The notes under the pieces were generated by a model. The model was not told the origin of the DNA and did not search any database. It saw only the letters and a list, made by a program, of their open reading frames with translations. The translations under genes were made by a program, and so were the position numbers. From contig OX597825.1 of the NCBI GenBank assembly GCA_951406725.2, positions 7,440,001-7,504,000 of the forward strand: a DNA stretch of 64,000 bases, in the 5' to 3' direction. Position 1 is the first letter of the stretch, and the number at the start of each line of letters is the position of its first letter. The stretch is from Octopus vulgaris. Its lineage: Eukaryota. This document shows positions 25,063 to 39,730 of this stretch, one piece after another.

Positions 25063-27159
25063 ATACTAGCGAGTTGTTAATAATGGTATTTAGACCCGAA
25101 TCTTAACGTAGTCCCGTTCCTCTATCACAGATTAAAAATTCCGCCTAAGTTCATTCTAAAACAAAGAATCTTTATTACAAGGACGCCGTTCCCTTATCTA
25201 TAGTTTCAGATATCTACCAAACAAATATTTACTTACCCTCTTAGGTTAAACCTAAACGGTCCTTCTACACACTGTAGATGCCAACTCAATGAAAACACTC
25301 CTGTTACACGACTAAAATATTATACAGAATCGTCTTAATTGCGCGCAATAACAATTTCATATTTCCTAAAAGGTTACATTTGGTTTTCTCTGATAATTTT
25401 ATATAATTAACGTATATTATAACAGGAGGAATATTTCCAATTGGATCAACCTTTATAAATCGGGAATACTTTAGATGTGGGTGGGTGATGATGGTCTCAA
25501 CCTTAACGATCTGACTGCTACAATTTAGCCAAATGTCCTTCAAATTCTCTTGGAAAATGAAGGGCGTAAGTAGATGTTCACTTGCTCTTTCTCTCTCTCA
25601 CACTGTATATTTATATACTTGTGTGTGCTTGAGTGCGTATGTATAAAAGAGTAAACGAGAAAGAGAGAGAAGAGTTAGAGAAAGCGTCTTTTAATTTAGT
25701 TTCACCCACCACAGTTTCTTTAAGGTCGGTATTGTTTGTCCTTCATTTTTCGCAGAAGTTAAAATAAATATTAATATTAATTAAATGTTGAAATATTAAA
25801 CGCTAATCGATATTGCGATTATCTTTTAAGAAAATCTTTGCTCAGTTCCTCAGATGCATTCCTTTTCAATAAACAGAGTTAGCCGCACATCACATGATAA
25901 CGCTTCCACCAATCAGAATGAAGAGTGATATTTACGCTAGATCTGTTCTGCTTCGTTGTTTCGCCATATTATTTAAACGACTAACAATTGACGGCGAAGA
26001 CAAATTTAACAAAATCATATCAGAATTGATAGCAAAATGAGTTAGCAATCTTTAATATTTCAATCTCGGCCTTTCTTCTACAACATGAAAATCTGTAAAT
26101 AGCTAAACAGCATTTTAATAAAACTATTCAATCACGAAAGCAAAGCTCCGCGCCTCAACGTAGATTTGTCTGCGAAAATTCCTATAAATATTCATGACTC
26201 CTATGACTGATTGATTCACGAATTCAGTGACAGCAGATCGAATCAATGATCTCGACATGCTTTCGGCATTAATAATACTACACATATATAATACTAGGTG
26301 CATAATACTAGATGTACAATAATAGTATTACAATATCCTGTGCCAGGGTGATAAATTAGGAAGTTGTCTATAACACACCAGCAGACATTTTAATGGTTAA
26401 CTATTGCTATCACATTCAAATCTATCTATGCGTATGTCTGTCCATCAAACTACCTGTCTGTCTATCTGTCCACCAACCTACCTGTCTATATGTCTGTCCA
26501 TCAACCTACCTGTCTGTCCGTCTGTCCGTCCACCTAACTACCTGTCTGTCTATCTACAAATCTGTCTACCTACCTATCTGTCAATCTACCTATCTGTCTA
26601 CCTAAATATCTGTCTATCTATCTGCCTATCTATCCATTAGTTATATCTTTTATTCGTCCAGGGTCGGTAAAATAAAATCACAGCCGAGTAATAAAGTCCC
26701 TTCCGACGACTACTCTCTCCTCTCTCTAACGTTCTGGCCCGTGCCGCTGTGAGATGTTATTTCAATCAAGGTCCAGAGTAAAATACCCTCCATTCTTCCT
26801 TCAACACTTTGGTACCTATTCCTATAGAAATGTACTTTCACTTTCCTCTATGGAAACGGTGAAATGCTTACTAAATGCAAATAGTTGTTGGTCGATCCAG
26901 TCAACGAATTCTTAGGTATTTAGCAATATGAATTTTAATTCTTTCATTGTTTTCTTTCTGATTCTGACCCCATGCAACTGCGATCTACAACATAATTCAT
27001 ACAGGACGGAGGCTAAGAAACAGACTTGTAAAGCAATATCTACACACACTCTGTCGCATTCGCTGTCTCTCCCTCTCTCACACACAGTCACAGCCACACA
27101 CACACACACACACATTGTGTGTATATATGTACATACACACACATACATATACACATACA

Positions 27160-27920
27160 TTTCGGCCCCCCATGCTTGCCAAACACTCGATCCGAGGTCA
27201 TGCGTATGACTAAAGCATTCTAATACGTCGCAAGCACGCTCAGCCGTTCTTGCTGCTCCTTGGATGAAGAAATATCTTTAAATCCACAGACGGCGTAGGC
27301 TCCTCACACCTTCAGGGCTCTTAAGTCTCATGTACGGTTCCGACATGGCATCACAAGGCGAACGATAATTTTTGTGTATCGTGCGAGTGTATTGACGCCG
27401 CTCCGTTGTTCATGTGTGACATAGACCCTTTACAGGCAGAACGTAAGGTACCTAGAACTCTTCTATCTGAAATTCTGAGACAGATTCTGATGTTGGCTAG
27501 TCCTTGCGGACTTCAGACACAAAGTTTTGAGGAGAGCCGACATCCCCAGCATTGAGGCGATGGAACACAAACACCGTTTACATTGATCTGGACACTTCCT
27601 TCGCATTAATGATCGAAGGATCCTTAAGCAGATGCTATGGCTCTAATCTGTTTGTGGAAAGCGCCTCCCCCCCCCCAAAAAAAAGAAAAGAAACCCAAAC
27701 AAATCAAGATTACGATTTAATAATTGTGTGAAGTTCTTCTTGAAAGAATGTGAAATATGAGAGGCCAATTGGGAAATCAGTGCTTGTCATCGCCAAAGAT
27801 GGAAGAAACGAATAGAAAAAAAGTGATTTCTTAGCGTGCTGCTGGAGAATGCAGGACCAGTGAAGTAAATGCGGGAAACTTGGCCTGCAATATCTGTGGA
27901 CGCTTAAGTTTATTAGGGGC
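27160..27920 (+). mobile_element. Decayed RTE-clade LINE 3' portion
   Basis: LMYGS.. then RADIPSIEAMEHKHRLH*SGHFLRINDRRILKQML and terminal ACNICGRL; homologous to 22913-23360. Confidence 0.75.
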
Positions 27921-28434
27921 TGTGTGTGTGTTTTGTGTATGTGTGTGTTTGTGCGTATGTACAGAAAACTCGTATATCTAGGTAGTACAGTTTTAGTTCA
28001 TGCAAAAAGTGTATATTAAATTACGGAAAGTTGACAAAGATTCAACAAGGATTTGACCCAATGTATTTATGTCTGTCAGTTAAACAAACGCGAAGAAAGA
28101 AACCGTTATTCTACGTAAAGAAAATACAGGAAATTATTCTCTAATGTCCTTGCAGAACAGCTCGTCTTTTCGGTATCTATTCACTTCAACCTGTTGAAAT
28201 ACATACGTACATACACAAACATATACATACATGCATTGCATACATATATACGCGCACATCTGGAACATATATACATGTGTGAATGTTATGTATAAAGGAC
28301 GCAAACTGTGAACACCAGGCTGGAAAATGTTTATGCAAAATGGCTGTCAGTTGTTCGTGCAACTGTTGAAAGAATAACGTTACTGTGACATAATATCGTG
28401 AAAGTTTACACATACATATGCGTGTGTATATATG

Positions 28435-28484
<50 letters not shown>

Positions 28485-29622
28485 GGTATATGTGTTTGCC
28501 TTTGTGCGTCTGCACGCCAGTGTTCTTTCCGTGTATGCGTGCTCTGCTTTAGAAAATACTATTCTATCTTCAGATGCTATTTTTCTATCTTGATCAACGC
28601 CAATATATCTTCTCATGATCAGACTTCAACTTTAGCCGCCGCCATGCAAGTTCAGATCTTATCAATGAAAAGAAATAGAATAAAAAAAAAGTTTCCTTCT
28701 GCTGGAACCATCCCTAACCAATTTCCTTCTTTTGTTAGGGGTCATCTCATTTTTCTTTATTCTTTCTTTTTTACTCCCTTTTTCTTATTTTCATTTAATG
28801 CATTCCACAGATATCAACCTGTCAAACAGTGATATACTGCTTATCAATATATCACGATCGTTTACATCGTCTACATGCAATCAATGTAACTTCAAGTCGC
28901 TTCCATGTCTACTGCTTTCCAACATCAAACTTTCATCCGCTCTCCACCGACCTTCCTTTCCATTTTACCTTAGATATATTTCTCAGTTGTGAGATTACTA
29001 ACAATACTAAAATATATTCAGAACGTTGCTGAATACTTTCTCTTCATCTTATCTTACAATATTAGGGCTGGCTCCTTTTCTCTGGATTCTGCAACTGATG
29101 TTTATCAATGGACAGTAATTCGATGGTTTCCGTCAAAACGAATTGCTTGTGTCATGGACGAGTACGATATACACACATACATACAAATGAGCGATATATA
29201 TATAAATATACATATAAGTGCACCAAACATCGTCTCAGAAGACACATTGATCCATTCGAAGTCCTCATTCTTAACCATTTTTTTTTCTTCTGTATATATT
29301 ATAGGCAATATTTTTTCCTTTTCTATATCAATTCTGTTTACACTTTAATGATGATTCGGAATTATTTCAAAGACGTTTGCTGCTGTGGGATGCGTGAATA
29401 TGTGTGTGCATGTGCGTGTTGTATGTATGAATGTATATATATATATAATGTGTATATATATATATATATACACACACAGAGAAAGATATGTACATATACG
29501 AGGATATACGTGTATATATGTGTGTCTACGAATATATGTATACAAATATATATATATATATATATACATACATAGAAATATGCATGTAGAGTATAAACAT
29601 TTGTATTCCTATACACACACAC

Positions 29623-29693
<71 letters not shown>

Positions 29694-30945
29694 ATATCTA
29701 TCTATATACCTATCTGTCTATCTCTCCATAACATTACATTATATACAAGAGATAGATTATACGTATACATATACATACATATATATACATAGGTACATCT
29801 GTGTGAGCTTCTTATATGGGTATGTTAACGGATTATCTACGTACTTCGATTAGTATATATAACTAAATGTGTGTACATACATACATATATACATACATAT
29901 ATTGTATGCGTGCGAAACGGAGAATGGATAAAACTCACACAGAATAACACACAAAGAAACGACTATATTCAGACACATGGCAGAATCTTCGGTATTCAGC
30001 TGAAATGGCATATTTCCTTATTTTTCCCTATTTTACACTTTCCTACACTTTTATGCATTATGTTCTTTATGTGTGTGTCTCTCTCTCTCTCTCTCTTATA
30101 TTTCTTCTGGCCAAAAACAAAATTGCAGAAAAGCGCAATTCTTCCTCTCTGTTGATTGCTGACATTCACTGGTGCAAAAATAAAAAATACCGCTCTATAA
30201 AAAAAAAAAAAAAGAAAAGAGGAAAATAAGGAAATAAAAAACCCCAGAAAGAGCATCAAAAATGATTGCTCTATCTTATTGCTGCTACTTTCAACCGCTT
30301 GGTGTCGTGATCAATATCAAATTATCTCGTTCTAATCTTACATACTTTGCTCACTTCGACCAATCACTTCTACCTTGTCTTTTTCAGTTCAGTTCCCATT
30401 CTTCGTACCTTCGCTTTCACACCCATCCGCTCCCCTATCTCCTCCTTCATCCTTCTTTCTTTCCAATCTTTCCCACTCGTGTTTGTTTGCGTCTATTTCC
30501 TTTCCATCGATATTTCATTCTATAATTCCCGTTCGTTCGTTCTTCTTCTTCTTCTTGTCTTATTATTTTCACTGTTCGATTCCAGGCAATACATTCCTAC
30601 TTGTTCCATGTCAAGTTCATATGTCCCACATCAAAAAAACATTGGTGCAACAGGTCACTCAACCAAACCTCACTTCACATACACATGTCAACAGCAGCCA
30701 CTATTTTCTCTCTTATTGATTTCATCACGTCCGCCTTCCATATGCTAATACATCATATTTTCGAGGCAGCCGCTACTTGCATACGGTCGACTTGACAGAA
30801 ATAGTAGCTATGTCTCCCTCATACAACAGATATCAAAAACAATGGACAGAATGATCTTCAAAACACTACTTGAATAATAATACAGAAGGGTCAAAGCTTC
30901 AACTGTGAGAGCGGACAGCATTTTGTTGTAAAAGGCATCACAGAG

Positions 30946-31058
30946 TTATTATTATTATTACTATTACTATCATTACTATTATTATTATTATTATTATTAT
31001 TATCATTATTATTATTATTATGATTATTATTATTATTATGATTATTATTTTTATTATG

Positions 31059-31095
<37 letters not shown>
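30946..31095. repeat. (TTA)n microsatellite
   Basis: Direct run. Confidence 0.95.
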
Positions 31096-31097
<2 letters not shown>

Positions 31098-31332
31098 CCC
31101 CACTCCATCCGTAACGTCTTCCGCTCTGTCCTACCATTCGATTTTATTATATTTTCTTATTTTTGTAAAATTTTAATGTCATTTTTTTGTATAATCATTT
31201 GTTCATCTGACCCCAAAATCAGATTGTATTGTCCACTCTTCGTTGGCCCTTTGTGGGTTATAAAAATTCAATTATTATTATTATTATTATTGTTGTTATT
31301 ATTATTATTATTGTTGTTGTTGTTATTATTAA

Positions 31333-31410
31333 GGCGGTGAGCTGGCAGAATCGTTAGCACTCTGGACGAATTTCAGGCCTTGTGCCTATAGTAGAAAAAT
31401 CATTATTATT
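31333..31410 (+). mobile_element. SINE family A, internally deleted
   Basis: Head GGCGGTGAGCTGGCAGAATCGTTAGC joined directly to tail TTTCAGGCCTTGTGCCTATAGTAGAAA. Confidence 0.8.
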
Positions 31411-31422
31411 TTAATTATTATT

Positions 31423-31737
31423 ATTGAGTAAAAGAGAAGCGTATGCTATCAAAATGATGCTAGGTACACATATATGAAACCCAGTATATCCATGTTTGAT
31501 AAGGGTACATCAGGCTCATGCATCATGATCATTTGTGAGGGATATGGTTATCTTATATCAAGATAAATAGAACATGATCTTGCGGATGGGGGCCCAGTTA
31601 GAATTTTCTTCAGGTCGAGTAGACTACCGTAATCAAAACATCTCTGAATGGGGGTTGTTTCAGGTTGATGAACGAAACAGCCATGTTTCCAAACATGAAT
31701 TATTCAAACCTCAAAGAATTCCTTTCAACACATGGCT
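31423..31737 (-). mobile_element. Retroposon family D, 5'-truncated
   Basis: Reverse complement of 13495-13823. Confidence 0.75.
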
Positions 31738-32163
31738 CGTTAGCACGGCGAGTAAAATGCTTTGTAGAATTTTGTCAGTCTTTACACTGTGAGTTCAAAT
31801 CCTACCGAATTTATGTGTGTGTGGGGGTGTTAGAAAATATAAAGCCAACTGACTTTATATTTATATTAATTCTACATAAGAATGTACATGAGTTTTCAAA
31901 TAGCAAATACAAAGTGTTTAGAATGCCTGTAAAAGAACTGAGTTACTTAGAGGATGAAAATCTTTGCCCCACGCCATGACAAAGCCGTCCAGACTGTTGA
32001 GAGTGATGCAGCCTAAAGTCAAGTAAGTAAATGACTGAGGTGAACCTGTAAATGGAGAGAAAATCAAAAGTCTGGTACGAAAGATTACAACAAGGTAAGC
32101 GCATTAACGACAGGGGTAGTATTATCGAGAGATAATATTTATCTCCACTTCAACGTTGATGTT

Positions 32164-32361
32164 CTGTGAGAACAAATTATACTGTGGCAGATATCACGAG
32201 AGAAAGTCTCATATTCGCTTTTGGTGTCAAATGCACTCTTGTGTTTATATCGAAAAGCGGAGAAGGTGGCAGGGCGACATAAATAAGAGTGCATTTTGCA
32301 CCAAAAGCAAATAAGAGGGGTTCTCTCGTGGCATCTACCACAGTATAGTTTGTTCCTACAG
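32164..32361. repeat. Long imperfect inverted repeat (about 88-bp arms, 22-nt loop)
   Basis: 32164-32252 is roughly 80% complementary to 32275-32361 by manual alignment. Confidence 0.85.
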
Positions 32362-32845
32362 CAGCGTAATCTTTGTTATAATCAGTAAAGGATAAAATTG
32401 TGGTATTTAAAGTTAGTAGCGTGTAGGTTATACTTGCAGAATTAGACTTATCGGTTGGGACTTTATAGTACAAAACTGATATAAGAATGGCGAAGGACTA
32501 AACCTTATACCATAATACCATACTTCAATGGTAAGCTGAAACTATGGGAACCTGCATGGAGTCTTAACATATTAACCCTGGATTACTTCTGCATGTATAC
32601 AAACAACGTGGTAAGTATGCAAACATTATACACACCGCACATCCTCATGTCTGACGATATATTAAACACATGCATCTTCGAAATAGTCGTGTATATACAC
32701 CTACCTACATACATACAGATATATGACATATTTGCATGGTATGTTTGCATGTAAATATGTATATATATATATATATATATATATGTATCTGTATGTATAT
32801 TCAGATATACTTTCATACATATACCTGAATCTATGTATGAGTGCT

Positions 32846-32885
<40 letters not shown>

Positions 32886-32915
32886 TATATATATACAAGC
32901 ACACACACACACATA

Positions 32916-32949
<34 letters not shown>

Positions 32950-34099
32950 AGTGCGCATGCGTATGGGTGTGAACGTGTAAGTTTGTTTATTGTGAAGCAC
33001 AATCTTTTGTTCGGTAGATGCGTTACACCTGAAACTGTGCAGAACATTGAGTTGGCTCCAACAGCGGATGGCGACGACATTGCTTTCTGCTTTGTGATTC
33101 AGAGGAAATGGTATTAAGTGATTATATACAGAGCAAACTGGTGTTGACTGCATGCCACAGTGTCTGCTAGAGGCTGCCAGTGGCCGACTGCCAAAACTCT
33201 ACACATGTCTATAGATGGACGAACAGTTAGACACATACACACTCTCGCAGTGTGTTGTAACACGCAGGTATGTATATGTATATATATATGTATGTGTACA
33301 TATATGTAAAAATATATGTATATATATATATATATATGCTTAGATTTTTGCATCTGTGCGTGTATACGTATATATATATCCATATGTATATGTATATATA
33401 TATCCATATGTACATATATATATACATGTGTATGTATACACACGCACACATATATATATACATATTCATGTGTATGTTTGTGTTTGAGTGTGTGTATATG
33501 CCTTATGTATGTTTGTGTGTGTATGTACGTACACAGTACACACACACAGACACACACACGCAAACACACACGTCTGTATATGTGTAGACATGCTCATACA
33601 CACACATAGGAAGTTGATAAAAATATTTGTGTACAAATCCATCCACGCGCATACATGCGCGAAAGCGGCCCACACACTTACAAAAAACAAAAATACACGT
33701 ATACACACACACGTGTGTGTGTGTGTATTTGTGTGTGTAACTGCACATGTGTGTGCAACAGTGAATCTCCGTCGTTAGACGATGAGGATTAAGTTGTTTA
33801 TTCAACTAAACTATCTTGTCTGGATTTAAAGCTTATATGGCTGAACACACCACGAACACGTGTACCAGTAATACAAACTTTAGGCAGCAGAACATACCCA
33901 ACAAGAAGGCAATAGCATTTGAATTCTATATACACTCCACCCGACCAACTTCTATCCGATTTCACTCAGTGCATAGGACGAGCTGAAAGTACAGATAGGT
34001 CTCCGTGGGATTGAACTTGGAATATCGTGGCTGCGAAGTAAACCTCTCATTAACCCGATCAACATATGGACAGGGCTAGGCGGAATTAGAAGTTAGTTT

Positions 34100-34216
34100 C
34101 GAAACGACGTGATCCCAGGTTTAGTCCCACTGCGTAGCACCTTGCAAGTGTCTTCTACTATAGCCTCGGGCCGAGTGGAGTGGATTTGGTAGACGGAAAC
34201 TGTAAGAAGCCCGTTG

Positions 34217-34249
<33 letters not shown>

Positions 34250-34470
34250 GTGTGTACGTGTCTTTGTGTCTGTTTGTACCCACTCCGCTACTTGACAGCC
34301 GGTTTTGCTGTGTTTGCGTCCCTGTGACTTAGCGGTTCGGCAAAAGTGGTCAATAGGATGCGTATAAGGCTTAAAAAAGAAGGGATGGGGTGGATTCATT
34401 CGACTGAAAATTCAAGGCGGTGGTCTAGTATGACCAAAGTCTAATGACTGAAGCAAGGAAAACATAAAAG
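34100..34470 (+). mobile_element. SINE family B
   Basis: AGTCCCACTGCGTAGCACCTTGCAAGTGTCTTCTACTATAGCC...GGATTTGGTAGACGGAAACTG, internal (TA)n, family tail. Confidence 0.85.
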
Positions 34471-34659
34471 ATATACAGATAAATATAGACATATTTTGTG
34501 TGTGGCGTATGTGTAGATGCTTTTGTGCTTTTCCAACTCAACTTTTTGCGAGTGTTTTAAAGAATAAGGACCATACGTTTTTTAAAAGTACAAGTGTGCG
34601 ATTTGATCCACTAAATCCTTTAAGACGGCACCTCACCATTGCTACAGTCCAATAACAGA

Positions 34660-34986
34660 AACTGGTACTCCATCGGTTGCGACGACGAGGGTTCCATTTG
34701 ATCCAATCAACGGAACAGCCTGCTCGAGAAATTAACGTGCAAGTGGCTGAGCACTCCACAGACACGTGTACCCTTAACGTAGTTCTTGGGGAGATTCAGC
34801 GTGACACATAATGTAACAAGGCCGGCCCTTTGAAATGCAGGTACAACTCATTTTTACAAGCTGAATGGACTGGAGCAACGTGATATAAAATGCCTTTCTC
34901 CAGGACACAATACGCAGCCGAGAATCGAACTCACGACCTTGCGATCGTGAGCCGAATACCCTAACCACAAAACCACGCACCTTCAC
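34660..34986 (-). mobile_element. tRNA-derived SINE, family C (near full length)
   Basis: Minus head GAAGGTGCGTGGTTTTGTGGTTAGG...GAGTTCGATTCTCGG; tail matches 55950-56070. Confidence 0.85.
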
Positions 34987-35009
34987 AACTGAAACTAACA
35001 AAAGAACAC

Positions 35010-35041
<32 letters not shown>

Positions 35042-35297
35042 GCGTGCACACATATATGCATACACAATCACAGACACGCTTACGAGAAGCTTCATATGGT
35101 TCTGGTCTGGGAATAAGTTCAGACCATGGCACTGTGAGATCCTGCGGTTTTAGAATATCCGATTTTCAATCTTGTGGCATCTCATCAGCTTCAGTGACTT
35201 TAGAACTATGCAGATTCTTTCTCAGACAGGCTGCCAAGATTGTTCAGGGGAAGGATAGCATTTCTCTTCATATGCAAATGATATATGGTGTACGCAG

Positions 35298-35388
<91 letters not shown>

Positions 35389-35628
35389 GCACATGGATGC
35401 GTGTGTATACATATATCCATAAATGTAAATGCATAAATATACAAATATATATATATATATGTACACACACATATATATACATACAGACATATATATATAT
35501 GTGTGTGTATATATGTATGTATGTATGTATCTGTATACACAAATCTAGTCATTTATATACATATATATATATATGTGTGTGTATATATATATGTATGTAT
35601 GTATGTATCTGTATACACAAATCTAGTC

Positions 35629-35664
<36 letters not shown>

Positions 35665-36959
35665 ACACATATATACAGTCATATATATGTATGTATGTAT
35701 ATGTACACACACATATATATACACACAGACATATATATATATATACATAGACAAATGTGTGTATACGCGTGTGTGTGGCGGGGTATAAGTTTCAGAAAAC
35801 CATATTGCCAGAGGGGTATTATGCAATGTGTGCATACACATACGGATACATATATATTTACGCACATATGTGTAGATTTACAAAGAGACCGATGGCGGGG
35901 TGGAAAACGAGGTGTTAATATATAAAAAAATATAAATTAATTAAATATTTTTAAATAAAAATTATTTCTAAATACTCTGCTCATACAACAGGCTCTTACT
36001 CTGAGAGAAGTGAAAGGTATCAAACACAAATATTTTGTTGCAAATTTGATGGAAAAAAGAACTAAAAGAAAAAGAAATTTGCTTTTGCGGAAGATGCAAA
36101 GAATGAGAAAAGAACAAGTAGTTGCAGATGATAATAGGGAGTGAAGGGATGAGAAGAGAAATGAGATAAAGGAAGACAAAGGAAGGGAGAGAGAGAGAGA
36201 GAGAGAGAGAGAAGTAAAGAGATAGAGAGTAAGAGACGGAGAGGAAGGGGTGTATAGACTGAGGAACTCAGATAAAGACAAAGAGAGGCAGGAAAAATGT
36301 GTGAGATAGTTTATAAACGTATTGGTGGTTATAGCTTTGTATACGCATATGTATATACGCTGACACACAAATACACACACAGTCACACACACACATATAT
36401 AGACACACACGCACACACATATGCGGGAGTGTATTAAAAAACATATTGTAGATTGGCTCCTACATACGTGTTGAGTTATACAGCCATAAATGTTACATAC
36501 GCCCAACTAGTTATGTAAACATGTCAATCAATGCAGTTAGAGGTTTATCCAAGATACTTTTATCACGTCTACACACACACACACACGAACACACATATAC
36601 ACACACACGATACAAATTGACATATATGTTCTTATCGTTGTTGTTGTTGCTGTTGTTGGCACTAATGATGGAGCGGGATGAAGGTGTTAGGTAATGTTTG
36701 TATGATGCTAAGTACGATGGTTACAGGATGCTTCTTGTTTTTACTGTGCTTAAACCGAAAGTTAACCCTGGCAAAACAATCCCTTCATAAAAGCGATCCC
36801 AGTGGTGATTAAGTCACCCATATTTAGGGCACTGCATGCACGATACTTACATACTGTCTAATGCAGTGGTTCCCAAATTTTTTCAGGCTGCTGCCCCTTT
36901 GGTTCTAAGGCTACATTTCTAGTCCCCTTCACATATTTATAAACAGATAGATAGGTGTA

Positions 36960-37150
36960 TGTATGTGTGTTGGTTTGTTTACGTCCCCGTAACTACCGTT
37001 TCAACCCAAAAAAACAAAAAAAACAAACTAATAGACTAAATACAAAACTTTAAAAACTTAATCACTAGAGTCTATTTGTTCGACTATACTCCTTCAAGGC
37101 GATGATCCAGCATGGCCGTAGATGAATGACTGAAACAAGTAAAATAAAAA
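36960..37150 (+). mobile_element. SINE family B, 3' half
   Basis: GTTTACGTCCCCGTAAC...CCAGCATGGCCG...GACTGAAACAAGTAAAA. Confidence 0.75.
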
Positions 37151-37154
37151 CTTG

Positions 37155-37560
37155 ATAAAAGATTTGGCGGCGATGCGAGAAGAGAGTGGTAGGAGGTAGG
37201 GTGGAGGTTGAAGAGTGTTATCCGTCGGTATATAAGGGTACGACGGTGGTGTTCTTGCGGGGTGGCGAACACTCATGATGGCGGTGTGTAGAAGGGTGGC
37301 GCCACTGAAGCAGAAACGGGGTGAGGATAGAATAGAACTTTGGTGGAGATGTGCAAAAAATGAAAAAAGTGGAGAAATAGATTGACGGCAATGGGGTGGC
37401 ACCAGCTGCATCAGGTGAGTCATCAGGGTGGATTAAAAAGTCTGTAGTTGTAGGGATAGATTTTTTTAGATAGAGCGGGGTGGTATTCAATGTTTTGATT
37501 GGAAAACAAAACATAGAATATCCGTGCGAATTTGGTGGGCGATAGGAAATCTGAGACAGA
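37155..37560 (-). mobile_element. Decayed LINE reverse-transcriptase N-terminal fragment (Jockey/I/CR1-like)
   Basis: Frameshifted KNTTVVPLY...PTSYHSL...RIAAK resembles W..A.V.PI.K...SYRPISL...K. Confidence 0.5.
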
Positions 37561-38731
37561 TATTCCTCCTTTATTTCTCTATTTCTTTCTGTGTGTATAT
37601 GTGTACCCGTGTCATCGTGTGTATGTGTGTGTATATATATACATATAAATATATAGGGATGTGTATGGCAGTATAGACTATAGATAAAATTACGATATCC
37701 GACTATTTCTGCTTCTTTACTGACACTTCTGGATATATAATACCTAAAGCATACATGCATATGTGTGTGTGTGTGAGTGTGTATGTATGTGTGTGTGAAT
37801 GCATATATATATATATGTGTGTGTGTGTGTATGCATATATATATACATACATATGTGTGTATATATATATATATGTGGCCCCACATTATTTCATGCATAT
37901 ATATATATATATATGTGTATATATGTTTATACATATACACATACTTACATATAAATACACATAGACACACCCTCACCTACACACACACACACATATAATA
38001 AAGTGGTGAGATCTAAAATTGCCGTGGTTCAGACAATTGGTTAGCTTCAAGCATAGACAAAATTTGTATAGATAACACAAAGTAGATGATGATCAATCAA
38101 TGAAGTTTATTAATCAATGTATCCGCTACACTGCATCCCATATCGAATTAGAAATTCCGATAAGATGACCACCACTATATAACTCCAGCATATAGCAACA
38201 AAAGTTGCTAAATTTGCGATAATAAGTCAATGGTTGAAGGGGATGGAATTATCAGTTATGTATTACGCATGTTCTAAATGACTAACCGAAAGCATATTAC
38301 GTAACTTTAAAGTGCTGCAGAGATGTTCAGAGTTCCTCGTCTCTGGGTACCTTTCTACTTATCGCTTACAAGTACATTGTCGTAACAAATTCGCCAAGAC
38401 AAACCCCAAAGATTAGTACATTTCAACTTCCGAAAGGGGAGTGAAAGTAGGAAATGGTTGAGCAACCAATCACTTGCCTGATGTATAAACTCTGGTGAGT
38501 TAGAAGTGTGTATGGTTTTGATGTATAAATATAGTATATGGGGTAGTTATAGGTGGTACATATTATCGCTATATGGCAATATGAAGAAATAGCGCATAAG
38601 AGATATAAATATATAAAAAAACATAAACATACCAGATATACTACCGTCTGTAATATATTTTTATTTACATAATCCCTCATACATACGTCAATATCGAGAA
38701 TAAAGTTAGACAAACACACAAATGTACAATG

Positions 38732-39635
38732 TATTGGGCTGAGGAATAATTCATGAGCATTTTTTTTTTCAAATTTAAAAATGCATCCAGAAAAAAAAAA
38801 CACGCATTGGAAAAATGTTTTATGTTAATTGAAAGAGAAGTTTTTGCTCTCCAAGATAGTATGTTTTGGTTTTTGAATTTCCTTGATTTTTGTGTATTTT
38901 CAGATCATTAAAATAGAATGTCAAGTGGGCAAAACTGAGCATTTTCGACACCATTTGCTTTTTGTATTTAATCAAGGTATTTAGCCAACCGAAGCTGCTT
39001 GTGAGATTTGTGCTGTATTTGGAAAAGGAGCAATGCCTCAAGGTACCGCTCGCTGTTGGTTTTCGCGCTTCAAAAGTGGGAATTTTGACCTTAAGAACGG
39101 ATCACACACCGGTCGACCAACTGAGTTCAATGAACCTTGCCTATGGAGTGAATGTGGTTCACCATAGTCTTTTACTCGCGATCCACCTGCTCCACCGATT
39201 CTCTGATCGTTTGACTTGCATTTTAGTGGATTCAATCATTCTTCAGCAAACTCAGTTGGTCGACCGTTGTATGATCCATCTTTGAGGTCAAAATCTCATT
39301 TTTCAAGCGCGAAAACCAACGGTAAGCAGTACTTTGAGGCATGGCACATTGCCTATAAAAAGTACAAATTTCACGAGCAGCTTTGGCGGACTTAACACCT
39401 CGATTAAATGCAAAAAAGCAAATAGAGTAGAAAATGTTCAGTTTTGTCCACTTGATTCCATTTCAATGATGTGAAAATATACAAAATTCAATAAAAATTC
39501 AAAAAAATCAAAACATTTCCTTGCAGAGCGCAAAATTCTCTTTCAAATAACTTAAAACATTTTGCCAAAACGTTTCATTTCTGCGTGCATTTTCAAATTT
39601 GGAAAAACGCTCATGAATTGTTTCTCAACCCAATA
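38732..39635. mobile_element. Fold-back mariner derivative made of two inverted 5' ends
   Basis: TIRs TATTGGGCTGAGGAATAATTCATGAGC / GCTCATGAATTGTTTCTCAACCCAATA; plus arm encodes ECQVGKTEHFRHHLLF...WFSRFKSGNFDLKNGSHTGRPTEF; minus arm carries the same N-terminus extending to KTMVNHIHSIGK. Confidence 0.9.
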
Positions 39636-39665
39636 TTTATACAGAAACTATGAACAGAAACTATA

Positions 39666-39730
<65 letters not shown>

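Noticed and set aside
28636-28832. Kozak-like GCCGCCGCCATG opening a short ORF
   Set aside because: Low-complexity product, and no promoter or splice support
35150-35195. Minus-strand CTGATGA-GAT...ATT-GAAA
   Set aside because: No compatible stem I and helix III around any NUH triplet
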